IMG/VR virus record: IMGVR_UViG_3300032242_002041
Coordinates: 124,001-188,000 of that record
Length of the DNA stretch: 64,000 nt
Direction: 5' to 3' (one strand)
The notes under the pieces were generated by a model. That model ran no database searches. It was not told the DNA's origin and saw nothing but the letters and a program-made list of their open reading frames with translations. Below, piece after piece: positions 52,284-61,345 of the stretch. A program made the position numbers and the translations under genes. How positions within the stretch are numbered: position 1 is the stretch's first letter; each line of letters opens with the position of its first letter.

Positions 52284-52877
52284 TTAATCAATTATTTTAA
52301 TTTTTCGGCAATCTGGATATGCTATGAATTTAGGCGCTTCGTTAACCAGTGGCAGTAATTGACTTCCTAATTCTGCTTCTTCCGTTGTGGGTTTATAGTG
52401 ATAACCTACGTGGAACACTTCTTGTGCTTGCCAGGGCACAATCCTCAGGTCACGACCATCATAGCGTTGAGCCAACATTACCTTGTAGGCCACAGGATCA
52501 TCTAGCAAGATAGCACCACAGCGACCAATCTCTAATGGCTTGGTGCGCCCAAAACTTACACAAGTTAATGTGCCAGGACGATACATGTTGCGCTCTAATC
52601 TGCGAGCACTATCCCAAATCCTAGTAAATTCAAATTTATATTCACCAATCCATTCTTGTCTGTTTGGGTGTTCGTGATAACTGTACTTGATACCCAGCTT
52701 GTGCATGGTCATAGGCACACTCAAATATGTAAAAGGAGTAAAACAAGTTTCTTTTACACGGTCGTATCTCATACATAATTCAATAGCATGAGTACAACAG
52801 TCAGTCATTACAGTATAAGGAGCACCTGTGTACTCGGCTAACTCTTGTTCAAATTTTAGTATACTGTCAAAGCTCAT
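52284..52877 (-). CDS. Short DegT/DnrJ-like PLP-dependent sugar aminotransferase
   Basis: CCTHAIEL, WDSA, SFGRTKPL, GAI. Confidence 0.75.
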   Translation of the reverse strand: MSFDSILKFEQELAEYTGAPYTVMTDCCTHAIELCMRYDRVKETCFTPFTYLSVPMTMHKLGIKYSYHEHPNRQEWIGEYKFEFTRIWDSARRLERNMYRPGTLTCVSFGRTKPLEIGRCGAILLDDPVAYKVMLAQRYDGRDLRIVPWQAQEVFHVGYHYKPTTEEAELGSQLLPLVNEAPKFIAYPDCRKIKIID

Positions 52878-53824
52878 TGATTATACCACTTCCATACATG
52901 GTTAATTATATCTGTCATAACAAATTTTGGTTGCCAGCCACTGACCTTTGTAAACTTGCCAGCATCAGCTGTTAGAATAGCTGGGTCACCTTCGCGCTTT
53001 GGTCCATGTAACATGGGAATATTAACGCCGGTAATCTGTGCAGACGCACGAACAATTTCAAGATTACTATATCCAGTGTTAGTACCGAGATTATAGATGT
53101 CGCTAGGAATAGTTCGATCCATTGCCAAGATATGTGCCTCGGCCAAGTCTTCCACGTGAATATAATCACGAATACAAGTGCCATCTGGTGTAGGATAATT
53201 AGTTCCATACAAAGTAAAATCTTGTTTGTTTTTAACTGATTCTAATACTCGAGCAATAATATGTGTTGCACCTGCGGCTTGTCCATGCCGGGCTAGGCTA
53301 TCTGCACCACACGCATTAAAATAACGAAAACTCACATAGTCTAAACCATAAGCACGATGATAACTGGCCAACATCCAATCAATCATCAACTTGCTTTCGC
53401 CATACGGGCTGATCGGTTCTTTGGGATCAATTTCCTGCACAGGAGTTATGACGGGATTGCCGTAGGTTGCAGCACTGCTACTAAAAATAAATCTAACTTG
53501 TTTATCGTGATTCCTAATCAAATAGTCTAGTAGGATTTTAGTTTTGATAAAATTGTTGTTGTAGTACTCTTGAGGATCTTGCATACTAGGACCAACTAAG
53601 CTGGTACCAGCACAATGAATAACAGCGTCTGGACAAAATCGCTTGATAGCATCCAGCCCTAGCTCAGCTGCAAAGTCTCCAGTATGCCACTGGCACGGAA
53701 CAGGAATCAAGTTACCAGGAGGCATTACCCGATCAATCGCTAATACATCGTGCCCGTCATCCACTAATTTTAATAATGTTTCCCCGCCAATGAATCCAGC
53801 AGCACCAGTGACTACTACTTTCAT
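52874..53824 (-). CDS. galE: UDP-glucose 4-epimerase
   Basis: GAAGFIG, SSSAATYG, PYGESK, RYFNACG, DGTCIRDYIHVEDLA. Confidence 0.9.
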   Translation of the reverse strand: MKVVVTGAAGFIGGETLLKLVDDGHDVLAIDRVMPPGNLIPVPCQWHTGDFAAELGLDAIKRFCPDAVIHCAGTSLVGPSMQDPQEYYNNNFIKTKILLDYLIRNHDKQVRFIFSSSAATYGNPVITPVQEIDPKEPISPYGESKLMIDWMLASYHRAYGLDYVSFRYFNACGADSLARHGQAAGATHIIARVLESVKNKQDFTLYGTNYPTPDGTCIRDYIHVEDLAEAHILAMDRTIPSDIYNLGTNTGYSNLEIVRASAQITGVNIPMLHGPKREGDPAILTADAGKFTKVSGWQPKFVMTDIINHVWKWYNQ

Positions 53825-55026
53825 CCTTCAATTTTCCTTACGTGATACTTGGCTTGGCTTACATGATCGCGATAACGATTGCCTGCACGATTCCACTGTT
53901 CACCGTTACCTTCTAAGATGTCCACAATACGATCCACAGTGCCATCAGTCCAGTCACTGATCAGGCCTGTATTGTGATGTAATTCACCTAACAAGTTTTC
54001 TAACTTGTGATAAGCGTCATCAATGCTCCAAGGAACATATAACCTGTTAGGATCGTCAGCAAAAGTTTCAGGGAAACTGCGATAAGCAGGATAAAGCACA
54101 TTAGAGCCAAGTGTGTCTGCTTCCGAGACGGTGTTGCTGACCCAGTCTTGTAAAGCACAATTAAACAATACCCGAGTATCATTGAGCAAATTATAGTAAT
54201 CATTTTTCTTTAAGTTTTCATAGATTGTAAGTTTACCTTCGCTTTGCAAAACTCTTGCTCTAGTTACATATTCTGAATTATTACTACGCAATGGACCACC
54301 TTGGAATATGGCAAATTCAATATCTTTATGACGACCTTGGCTATAGTACATGTCAATCAAATCCATAAAGAAACCTGGTTGTTTCTCTTGGTCAAATCTA
54401 GCTGCAAACCCCACTCGGATCTTACGTTCATTAAATGGTTTAATATTTTGAGCGCCACCAATGCGTTCTAGCACCTCTTCTTTGCCAAAAGCAAGTCCAG
54501 AGATATTGTAGATTGGAGCCGACCAACCTGCAATACGCATATGAGCCACCATCTCTTCGTTAGTGGCCAACACACCTGTTACGAACTCATTGACCATCTT
54601 CTCATATAAGTCCATCCACTTGGCCATACCCCAGACATGAACAAAGTCGTCTGGATCAATTGCTTGTGCCAGACAACGCACAAAGACCTTAGGACGTTGC
54701 TCCGCTGGAATTTGATCCATAATGTATGGCAACGATTCGATGCCTGGCTGGAACATGTCTTCAAAGTAGATAACGTCTTCACTAGTTACATCACCGTTAC
54801 GCATCATTTGAACCAAGTTCATCATTTGACTCATGCCAAAGTAACTGCGACCGTGTGCGTCTAGCACCTGTCCAACACTAATACTTTGCGTGTTGTCAAT
54901 AGTATTGCCAGGAACATAGACTACATCTAGTCCACGACGATCAAATACACGCCGATTCCATTCTGTAAGTTGTAGAGTGTAGCGAGCCTCATATGACTCC
55001 AAGCCCATATAGAATAATTTACGCAC
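53821..55026 (-). CDS. GT-B (GT4-like) glycosyltransferase
   Basis: GTG start VRKLFYMGLE; FAARFDQEKQP; EADTLG; YRSFPE. Confidence 0.7.
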   Translation of the reverse strand: MRKLFYMGLESYEARYTLQLTEWNRRVFDRRGLDVVYVPGNTIDNTQSISVGQVLDAHGRSYFGMSQMMNLVQMMRNGDVTSEDVIYFEDMFQPGIESLPYIMDQIPAEQRPKVFVRCLAQAIDPDDFVHVWGMAKWMDLYEKMVNEFVTGVLATNEEMVAHMRIAGWSAPIYNISGLAFGKEEVLERIGGAQNIKPFNERKIRVGFAARFDQEKQPGFFMDLIDMYYSQGRHKDIEFAIFQGGPLRSNNSEYVTRARVLQSEGKLTIYENLKKNDYYNLLNDTRVLFNCALQDWVSNTVSEADTLGSNVLYPAYRSFPETFADDPNRLYVPWSIDDAYHKLENLLGELHHNTGLISDWTDGTVDRIVDILEGNGEQWNRAGNRYRDHVSQAKYHVRKIEG

Positions 55027-55246
55027 GGCGATATCCTGAGAATCTACGAGTATCTTCTTCCCACATGTTTTTGGCATTCTTGCCTTGAGTAAATTTGTTA
55101 TACTGTTGCCAGGCATAAGAACGGAAGTTGTAGAGATCTTCTTCTCTATAACGGTATCCGTAGTCACGACAGAATTCCAAGTAGTTTGACAAATCTTCTA
55201 ATGCTTGAAGAGCTCTTGGGTTTACACGATGTTGGGGTTTGCCCAT
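55019..55246 (-). CDS. Hypothetical protein
   Basis: ORF track. Confidence 0.7.
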   Translation of the reverse strand: MGKPQHRVNPRALQALEDLSNYLEFCRDYGYRYREEDLYNFRSYAWQQYNKFTQGKNAKNMWEEDTRRFSGYRRA

Positions 55247-55256
55247 GATAGTTCCT

Positions 55257-55718
55257 TTAAATTACAGTTGATTGTGTTGGACGAGTAAGATTATAACTAA
55301 TGGAGCATCCGTTCTCGCCGTCTTCGGATACTTCAATTACTACAGCACGACCGGGATAGCGTTCGGCTATCTTTAAATATAAATCATCGGCAATCATTTC
55401 ACATGATTTCCAGTCTAGTTCTAAAACGGGATTCGAAACAATTCCGTTATTGGAATAGAGATTTTCAAGCCACCGTTTGAATTGGATGAATTCGATATCT
55501 CTGTCGTTATGGAAGACATCGATTGACACCCGGAAATGAAAGATATGGCGATGAGGACTGGCCAAAAACGATACATCATATTCTCCTGCTGTGCATAATG
55601 CTGGGTCTGTTGCAGCCGCTGGATAGCGATGAATGCCTTCCTTACGGAATGTAACCCAAATTTGTCTCTGGGCTGCCGCTTTAATGCGTTCAATAGTTTC
55701 GCGTTCTTGTTGTATCAT
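55257..55718 (-). CDS. T-fold QueD paralog, DpdL-like (candidate CDG decarboxylase)
   Basis: LASPHRHIF fits the LxxxHRHxF signature recalled for DpdL; SCEMIA, SEDGENG. Confidence 0.6.
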   Translation of the reverse strand: MIQQERETIERIKAAAQRQIWVTFRKEGIHRYPAAATDPALCTAGEYDVSFLASPHRHIFHFRVSIDVFHNDRDIEFIQFKRWLENLYSNNGIVSNPVLELDWKSCEMIADDLYLKIAERYPGRAVVIEVSEDGENGCSISYNLTRPTQSTVI

Positions 55719-56890
55719 TTCTGGTGGCTTTCTATATTAGTATTATTAAACGAGTCAATGGCATCATACATATCTGGAAAAATTGCACGACTATTTAATT
55801 TTCTATCTTGGTCTAATTTGTTAAATTCTTCTACTGTATATTCAAGTCCGTCCCAATTGGATTTATAGGGAGTTCGATCGTCGTTTAACGAGGCAATTAC
55901 GTTGTCAATGCCAAGAATATTTGAATAATCATTTTTAGAAATTCGCTGTCTAACCAACTCTCTCTGGTGATCAGTTAGTCGTTGAATTGCCCACGGACCA
56001 CCATTATCTCTCAGATTGTAGATATTAATAGTTATTGCTCGATGAGATATATTCAAAGTTTGATGCACCAAATCAATAAAATCCCAAATTGACAACGAGT
56101 TAATATTCATAAACACCATGTTAAAACTAAGGTGATGCTTTGCAATCAAGTTAATTGTGTGTAAATTTTCTAAGAAAACATTCCATTTTCCGGGCCAACG
56201 AATATATTCATATTGTTCTGCAATTGATTCTCCGCTAACTAACCATTGTACATTACTAAACTGTTTCAACAATTCAAAAATTTTATTTTCGTGTATTAGG
56301 CTAAGATTAGTATTAACACAAATACGACAAGATTTATTAACTTCTAATAATTTTCTTAAGACTATTTCGTTTTCTTTTATCATCAACGGCTCGCCACCAG
56401 CAAGATATATTTCTTTAAGGTCGGCAGCAGATTCTAAAACATAATCTAACAAATCTCCTTTGGCTTCTTTCATCTTAACTACTTGATATTTCTGTTCGGC
56501 CCATAGTGAGCTGAGCTCAGGGTCACAATATATGCAGGCAAAATTGCAGGTATTGTTCCAACGCAAATCAAGATATTTTAAATTAAAGTTATCAATATTG
56601 TTGTAAAACTCATCACCAAGATGGTTATATTTCTTTTTAAAATGATGTTGTAAAGTATGAGTACCAATCTGAGAGTGGCAATTTTTACACCCTTCAACCG
56701 GAATATCATTTAACATCATTGTTTTGATATCGAGATTATTAGAGCCGCTTATTGTGTCTTTGATTGCAGGAGTTTTATTAATATTACCTAATTTATTTTT
56801 ACTCACACAACAATTTTCTATATTGCCTTGGGGGTCAATATACAGTGAAACCCACGGCGCTGGACAGAAATGTTTATTATCTATGGTCAT
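55715..56890 (-). CDS. Twitch-domain radical SAM protein
   Basis: N-terminal CPAPW...CC; CNFACIYC; AGGEPL. Confidence 0.85.
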   Translation of the reverse strand: MTIDNKHFCPAPWVSLYIDPQGNIENCCVSKNKLGNINKTPAIKDTISGSNNLDIKTMMLNDIPVEGCKNCHSQIGTHTLQHHFKKKYNHLGDEFYNNIDNFNLKYLDLRWNNTCNFACIYCDPELSSLWAEQKYQVVKMKEAKGDLLDYVLESAADLKEIYLAGGEPLMIKENEIVLRKLLEVNKSCRICVNTNLSLIHENKIFELLKQFSNVQWLVSGESIAEQYEYIRWPGKWNVFLENLHTINLIAKHHLSFNMVFMNINSLSIWDFIDLVHQTLNISHRAITINIYNLRDNGGPWAIQRLTDHQRELVRQRISKNDYSNILGIDNVIASLNDDRTPYKSNWDGLEYTVEEFNKLDQDRKLNSRAIFPDMYDAIDSFNNTNIESHQK

Positions 56891-57216
56891 TTTTGTAGCA
56901 ATTCCATAGTTACAATTTTACCAATTGATTCAGATAAGTTTTCATCAGGGGTAACAATGTGTAGTTTAATCCGTTCTTCGTCTTTTTTGTGGTCATAATA
57001 TTTGGTTTCAATTACTGTACCACCCGATACCTGTTGTACACGGAAGCGTATTGGATCCGGAAGTTCGAGACAATCTTTCGTCTCAACGTCACAGTCATCA
57101 AAACTGACGCTAATACTTCCACGTCCAATCCTAGCAGGTTTACTTTTTTCTTCACTTAATTCGTAACTAAAATCCCAACCCCATGCAACTATCTTTGCCC
57201 ATAACCATCTAATCAT
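56887..57216 (-). CDS. Hypothetical protein
   Basis: ORF track. Confidence 0.65.
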   Translation of the reverse strand: MIRWLWAKIVAWGWDFSYELSEEKSKPARIGRGSISVSFDDCDVETKDCLELPDPIRFRVQQVSGGTVIETKYYDHKKDEERIKLHIVTPDENLSESIGKIVTMELLQK

Positions 57217-57728
57217 TTGATAACCTCGTCCTTTGTGTATTTAGACCAGTCAGTAAACACCTCACGTTTTTGTAAATCGTGTAACGAGTGGCACCAGACG
57301 CCTGGGTTTGTTGCTGCAAAATCTCGGTCATCAATTTTAAGAGTAGCATTGTATCCAAACTGTTTAATATAAGGAAGTTTAACGCTAATCATTGGAATGA
57401 AGTTATGGAATTCTACCAGTGCGGATTCAAGTAATCCTTCTGCCTGTTGAATATCTAAATCCAAAGTACATAACCAGCCAGCTTCCAAGCAGTCTTGTAC
57501 CATGACTTCCCAATCACGCCATGCATCACCGTCATTTTTATCCAATGCTGGAAAACTCTGATTGGCACCAAAGTAGATATGTTCAATGTTGTTATTCTTT
57601 GCTTCCTGTTGGACGATTTGTGAATCCTGTACACCTACTACAAATAGTGTACGGCGTCCAAACGCAGGGGTATGTTCTACTTCGGTTCCTGTAAAGAAAC
57701 TTACTTCTTCGTGTCCTGCTCTAATCAT
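57213..57728 (-). CDS. Hypothetical protein in the deazaguanine cluster
   Basis: MIRAGHEEVSFFTGTEVEH...HIYFGANQSF...TNPGVWCH. Confidence 0.75.
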   Translation of the reverse strand: MIRAGHEEVSFFTGTEVEHTPAFGRRTLFVVGVQDSQIVQQEAKNNNIEHIYFGANQSFPALDKNDGDAWRDWEVMVQDCLEAGWLCTLDLDIQQAEGLLESALVEFHNFIPMISVKLPYIKQFGYNATLKIDDRDFAATNPGVWCHSLHDLQKREVFTDWSKYTKDEVIK

Positions 57729-57927
57729 TTTGTTCTGTATTATAATGGGTGGATGGATTATTTTCTTGTTTAAGTATAACAATTTGTTTTTTTAATTGCA
57801 ACCTTTGTTTCTTCAAATCAGTTAGTTCAACATCATCAAACACACCGGTGCTTTCCAAACCGTCAATTCTTTTGTTGAGTGCGTGGTGTGCTTCTTCTAA
57901 ATGTTTAATTCTTCTTTCCCAAGACAT
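57721..57927 (-). CDS. DUF465/YdcH-like coiled-coil protein
   Basis: HLEEAHHALNKRI...LKKQRLQLKKQI. Confidence 0.65.
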   Translation of the reverse strand: MSWERRIKHLEEAHHALNKRIDGLESTGVFDDVELTDLKKQRLQLKKQIVILKQENNPSTHYNTEQND

Positions 57928-59627
57928 TAGGCCTCCAGATTATCTAGTTTTGATTCATCTAAATCGGCATCATCTCCATCAATGCCATCGTTTGATTCCT
58001 CTACTTCAAATAATGCATTAAATTGACTGTGTGCGTTTTTGGCTTTTTTACCTTTGAATCCGCGTGTGCCTACAATGTCCATCCAGTAACGATCATAAGA
58101 CTCAATAATGGCTTCGGCTTCGGCACGATCAGGCGTAGCAAAGATGGCTTCTACAATGTCTTTAAATCGTGTATGATCTCCGTTTTGATCCCACATCATG
58201 GCGGGCCAAGATCCGTTGTCATATTCACGATTAGCTCTTTGTACAGCTTCTAGGTGCATCCAAACATTATGGCCCATTAGTAATGCATAACTAAAACTAT
58301 CCCACGATGTCTTGCCTTCTTTGCCAATCTTGTTCAACATACCAGGTTGATAGTAACAAACATCCTTCATTTGTAACTGTAGACTGATTGGACTCTCGTC
58401 AAAGTGATCAACAAGACCATCGGCTACTACCGCTTGTCCATACGGACGAGTATCTGTTGAATACTTTTTATCGTCCGCAATTGGACTCATTCGATAGCAC
58501 CACTTTTCGTTGTGTGGAAGGTCGATGTGGTGGTAGACTTGCCCATTTGCTGTAGCCAAAAACGGCGAAGCACAATCAAAACTAATAGTAAAAGAAGGAT
58601 TAACATACTTACGAACTGCACGTTGAATGTCTGTAAGTAATACTGCCCACTCTAATTTACTTGTGCCCAAGAAGTGCATCCAATCATGCACACCTTCTTT
58701 TAACAAGCCATCGTGGCGTAATGCTACAAGTCTACGCAGGACCAAATGCACATCGCACATGTTCTGACCACCCATTGACCAACCATCAAAGTGTGTGTCT
58801 GGGTATATGGCAGGGTCACAATAGTGTTTCATTGTTTCATACCAACGATCTGCGTCAGCGTGATTGGCACCTTGTAAAACATTAAGAACTTTCATGCCAC
58901 CATTCTTGGCGCCCTTGCGGTGCTTCATGTAATAGTCATTATTATATTTGGTAGCAGCCACAGCTTCTTCTAGTGTAGTAATGCCACACTTGGCGCTGGC
59001 GTGTTTGTCATGTATGACCCAGGTTGGTATATCAAGTGTCATACCATAGTCGGCAACACCATCTAACCATTTGAGTACAGCTTCACGTTTCTTCTGTGCA
59101 GCATCTAATAGATTTTGATAATTTTTAACATGATCAATCTTAATGTATTTGGTATTACCATTCTTATCGTGCTTGGGGGTACCATCGGGTTTAAGATCCG
59201 GCACATGCTCAACACCCTTGGCCCGGAGCTCGGCCATCTTGGCCAACACCACTGGACTTGTTGGGTCGCGCCACTCACCTTCCCATAGACCTTTGGCAAT
59301 TTGGAATCCACCTGAGTCGCCTAGCATTACAGTGCCAGGTTCACGATTACGAACCATATCCTCTGACCAGTCTTGTTTGGTTAGATCCAAGTTGGCATGT
59401 CCACCCGAATACAAAGACCACTTATATGGAAATAAGCTCTTGGCGCTGTTAAGCCAGTTCATCATTTCCATATCTTTCATGCCAGCTGGCATACGAGTTT
59501 TTGGGTCTACATACGGTCCGTTTACTGGATCTCGTTGTTTACCTATGTAAGTGGCATAGAAACCACTAATAGCTGGCAAGAACACAGCATAATCGTTTTG
59601 TTTGGCTGTAAGATTATCTTGAGTCAT
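57927..59627 (-). CDS. TGT-superfamily guanine transglycosylase (DpdA-like)
   Basis: LGDSGGFQ, MTLD, VLQG, HFLG, SFDCASP; co-located with folE/queD/queE. Confidence 0.8.
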   Translation of the reverse strand: MTQDNLTAKQNDYAVFLPAISGFYATYIGKQRDPVNGPYVDPKTRMPAGMKDMEMMNWLNSAKSLFPYKWSLYSGGHANLDLTKQDWSEDMVRNREPGTVMLGDSGGFQIAKGLWEGEWRDPTSPVVLAKMAELRAKGVEHVPDLKPDGTPKHDKNGNTKYIKIDHVKNYQNLLDAAQKKREAVLKWLDGVADYGMTLDIPTWVIHDKHASAKCGITTLEEAVAATKYNNDYYMKHRKGAKNGGMKVLNVLQGANHADADRWYETMKHYCDPAIYPDTHFDGWSMGGQNMCDVHLVLRRLVALRHDGLLKEGVHDWMHFLGTSKLEWAVLLTDIQRAVRKYVNPSFTISFDCASPFLATANGQVYHHIDLPHNEKWCYRMSPIADDKKYSTDTRPYGQAVVADGLVDHFDESPISLQLQMKDVCYYQPGMLNKIGKEGKTSWDSFSYALLMGHNVWMHLEAVQRANREYDNGSWPAMMWDQNGDHTRFKDIVEAIFATPDRAEAEAIIESYDRYWMDIVGTRGFKGKKAKNAHSQFNALFEVEESNDGIDGDDADLDESKLDNLEA

Positions 59628-59630
59628 CTA

Positions 59631-60353
59631 TTATTTAGACTGTGCTGGAATGATATAAGTGTAAGTAGCCAATCCAGAATCAACAGTAATCTGTGCTGCG
59701 CCATCGTCGCTGATCTTCATAACTTTATCGCCGGTTAAATCTAAAATACTAATAACTGTTTTAATTGGCCAACTCCAAGCACGTTTAAGAGTACCTGTTA
59801 CACCTGGGTGGAACACAAAGTTACCTGCGTGTGTTGAATGGTCGCCGAAGAAGAATTTTAAATCGCCGTCTTCTGTTTTTGCTTGAAAGTTAACTTCTTC
59901 GGCATTGGCACTGGCCTGCATCTTCAATCGTTGAATAGCTGCTACAGTTGGTTCAAACTCAACGTGCCAAGGAACGCCTTTAAATTTAACTGTTTTGGCC
60001 TTTTGATCAACATGTTCGGCAGCCATAAAGCGATAATTATTTTTAAAGTCGCCGGTGGCATTTTTAAAATTAATACCATCTAGTGCCCCGGTATCTTTCT
60101 TTGTTACACCAAGTTCTGCACCTTCTTTATACTCTGGCAAGTTTAATAAAATATTAAGTTTAGCCAAATTTGGCATGCCAAACAAACCAATAAACTCTGG
60201 CACCGGGTTGGTATATTTGCCTTCTACAATTACGCTACGATCTTCAGCAATACCAAATATTTCGGTTGCCTTGTCATCGCCTGTAATTTTAACTAGGTCA
60301 ATACAGCCTAATTTGTGTGTGTGTTCTACTAAGTCTAGTAAATGATCTTTCAT
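59631..60353 (-). CDS. Probable sliding clamp (T4 gp45-like)
   Basis: 240 aa, size and alpha/beta pattern of gp45; near DNA polymerase; weak motif support. Confidence 0.6.
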   Translation of the reverse strand: MKDHLLDLVEHTHKLGCIDLVKITGDDKATEIFGIAEDRSVIVEGKYTNPVPEFIGLFGMPNLAKLNILLNLPEYKEGAELGVTKKDTGALDGINFKNATGDFKNNYRFMAAEHVDQKAKTVKFKGVPWHVEFEPTVAAIQRLKMQASANAEEVNFQAKTEDGDLKFFFGDHSTHAGNFVFHPGVTGTLKRAWSWPIKTVISILDLTGDKVMKISDDGAAQITVDSGLATYTYIIPAQSK

Positions 60354-60372
60354 ATAATTCTCCTTGTTGTTG

Positions 60373-60401
60373 ATTGTACGTGGTTTATTTAGATTCTGCA
60401 A
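60373..60401 (-). promoter_or_regulatory. Sigma70-type promoter with nested TAAATA
   Basis: TTGCAG-17-TACAAT. Confidence 0.65.
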
Positions 60402-61344
60402 CGGGTTTAGGTAATATTTGTGCCAAGGCCTGGCCACCACGGTATGATTGCCATTTTCCTGGTTTACGAAATTCTATCCAGGTCCACGGCCCGTTGTCGT
60501 GATAGGTAAAGTGTTGTTCAAATCCTAAACTTTCAGCAAACGATAGAATCAGTGACCCCGGTGTGTACAGCCCTGTTGTTGCTTCAACTGCTTTGACCCC
60601 TTCCCATCGATCACAGTCATTAAAGGTCATTAAGAGCATGCCCCCTGGGCGCATCTTTCTATAAAGTTCTATTAGGTATTGACGAATTATTTCAAAAGGT
60701 CTATGGTTAAAATAATTCCAAGCAAGTACTAATCCAAATTGATTATTGGGCAATTGCCACAATATATCCTGATCTTGATCTTCTCGTATTGTGTAAGTTC
60801 GTAATCTACGTTGATATGCTTCATTGAACTGTGATAAAACTGGTTTTAACAGTTCATAATCTTCGTCAACAAGATATATAGGATCATTGTTAACCATGTT
60901 GTGTATCCAAGATTCTACTCCAGGACGCAAAATCATAGTTGTATTTTGCCAACCAGAAACTCGCGTAATGCGATTTATGAGAAGTTCTCGAGTCTGGTCT
61001 GATACAGGCAAACGACTACTAAGAACATTATTAACATACTCGTTTGGGTCTCTCCATTTGTACCAACTATATCGATAAGAACGAAATTCTTCATATGTTT
61101 TATAACTATTTTGTAGGTATGGCTGTTCTTCTTTTCTAATTTGATCGTATACTTGACGTTTAATAGTGTTGAATGCACTTTCAAATTGATCAAATGAATT
61201 TAGTACATCGGAACGCAGATTTTCTAATTCTGAATGCTGAGATATTTGAATAATTTTTTGTAATTCTGCGTCAGCAAACCGTTTGGCATCTATTGCGGTT
61301 ATAGAACACAGTTGATTGTAGTAGTTAACTAGATCGCTTAACAT
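60385..61344 (-). CDS. Coiled-coil + degenerate SAM-methyltransferase-like protein
   Basis: FGLVLAWNYFNH...MRPGGMLL. Confidence 0.55.
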   Translation of the reverse strand: MLSDLVNYYNQLCSITAIDAKRFADAELQKIIQISQHSELENLRSDVLNSFDQFESAFNTIKRQVYDQIRKEEQPYLQNSYKTYEEFRSYRYSWYKWRDPNEYVNNVLSSRLPVSDQTRELLINRITRVSGWQNTTMILRPGVESWIHNMVNNDPIYLVDEDYELLKPVLSQFNEAYQRRLRTYTIREDQDQDILWQLPNNQFGLVLAWNYFNHRPFEIIRQYLIELYRKMRPGGMLLMTFNDCDRWEGVKAVEATTGLYTPGSLILSFAESLGFEQHFTYHDNGPWTWIEFRKPGKWQSYRGGQALAQILPKPVAESK

Positions 61345-61345
61345 A

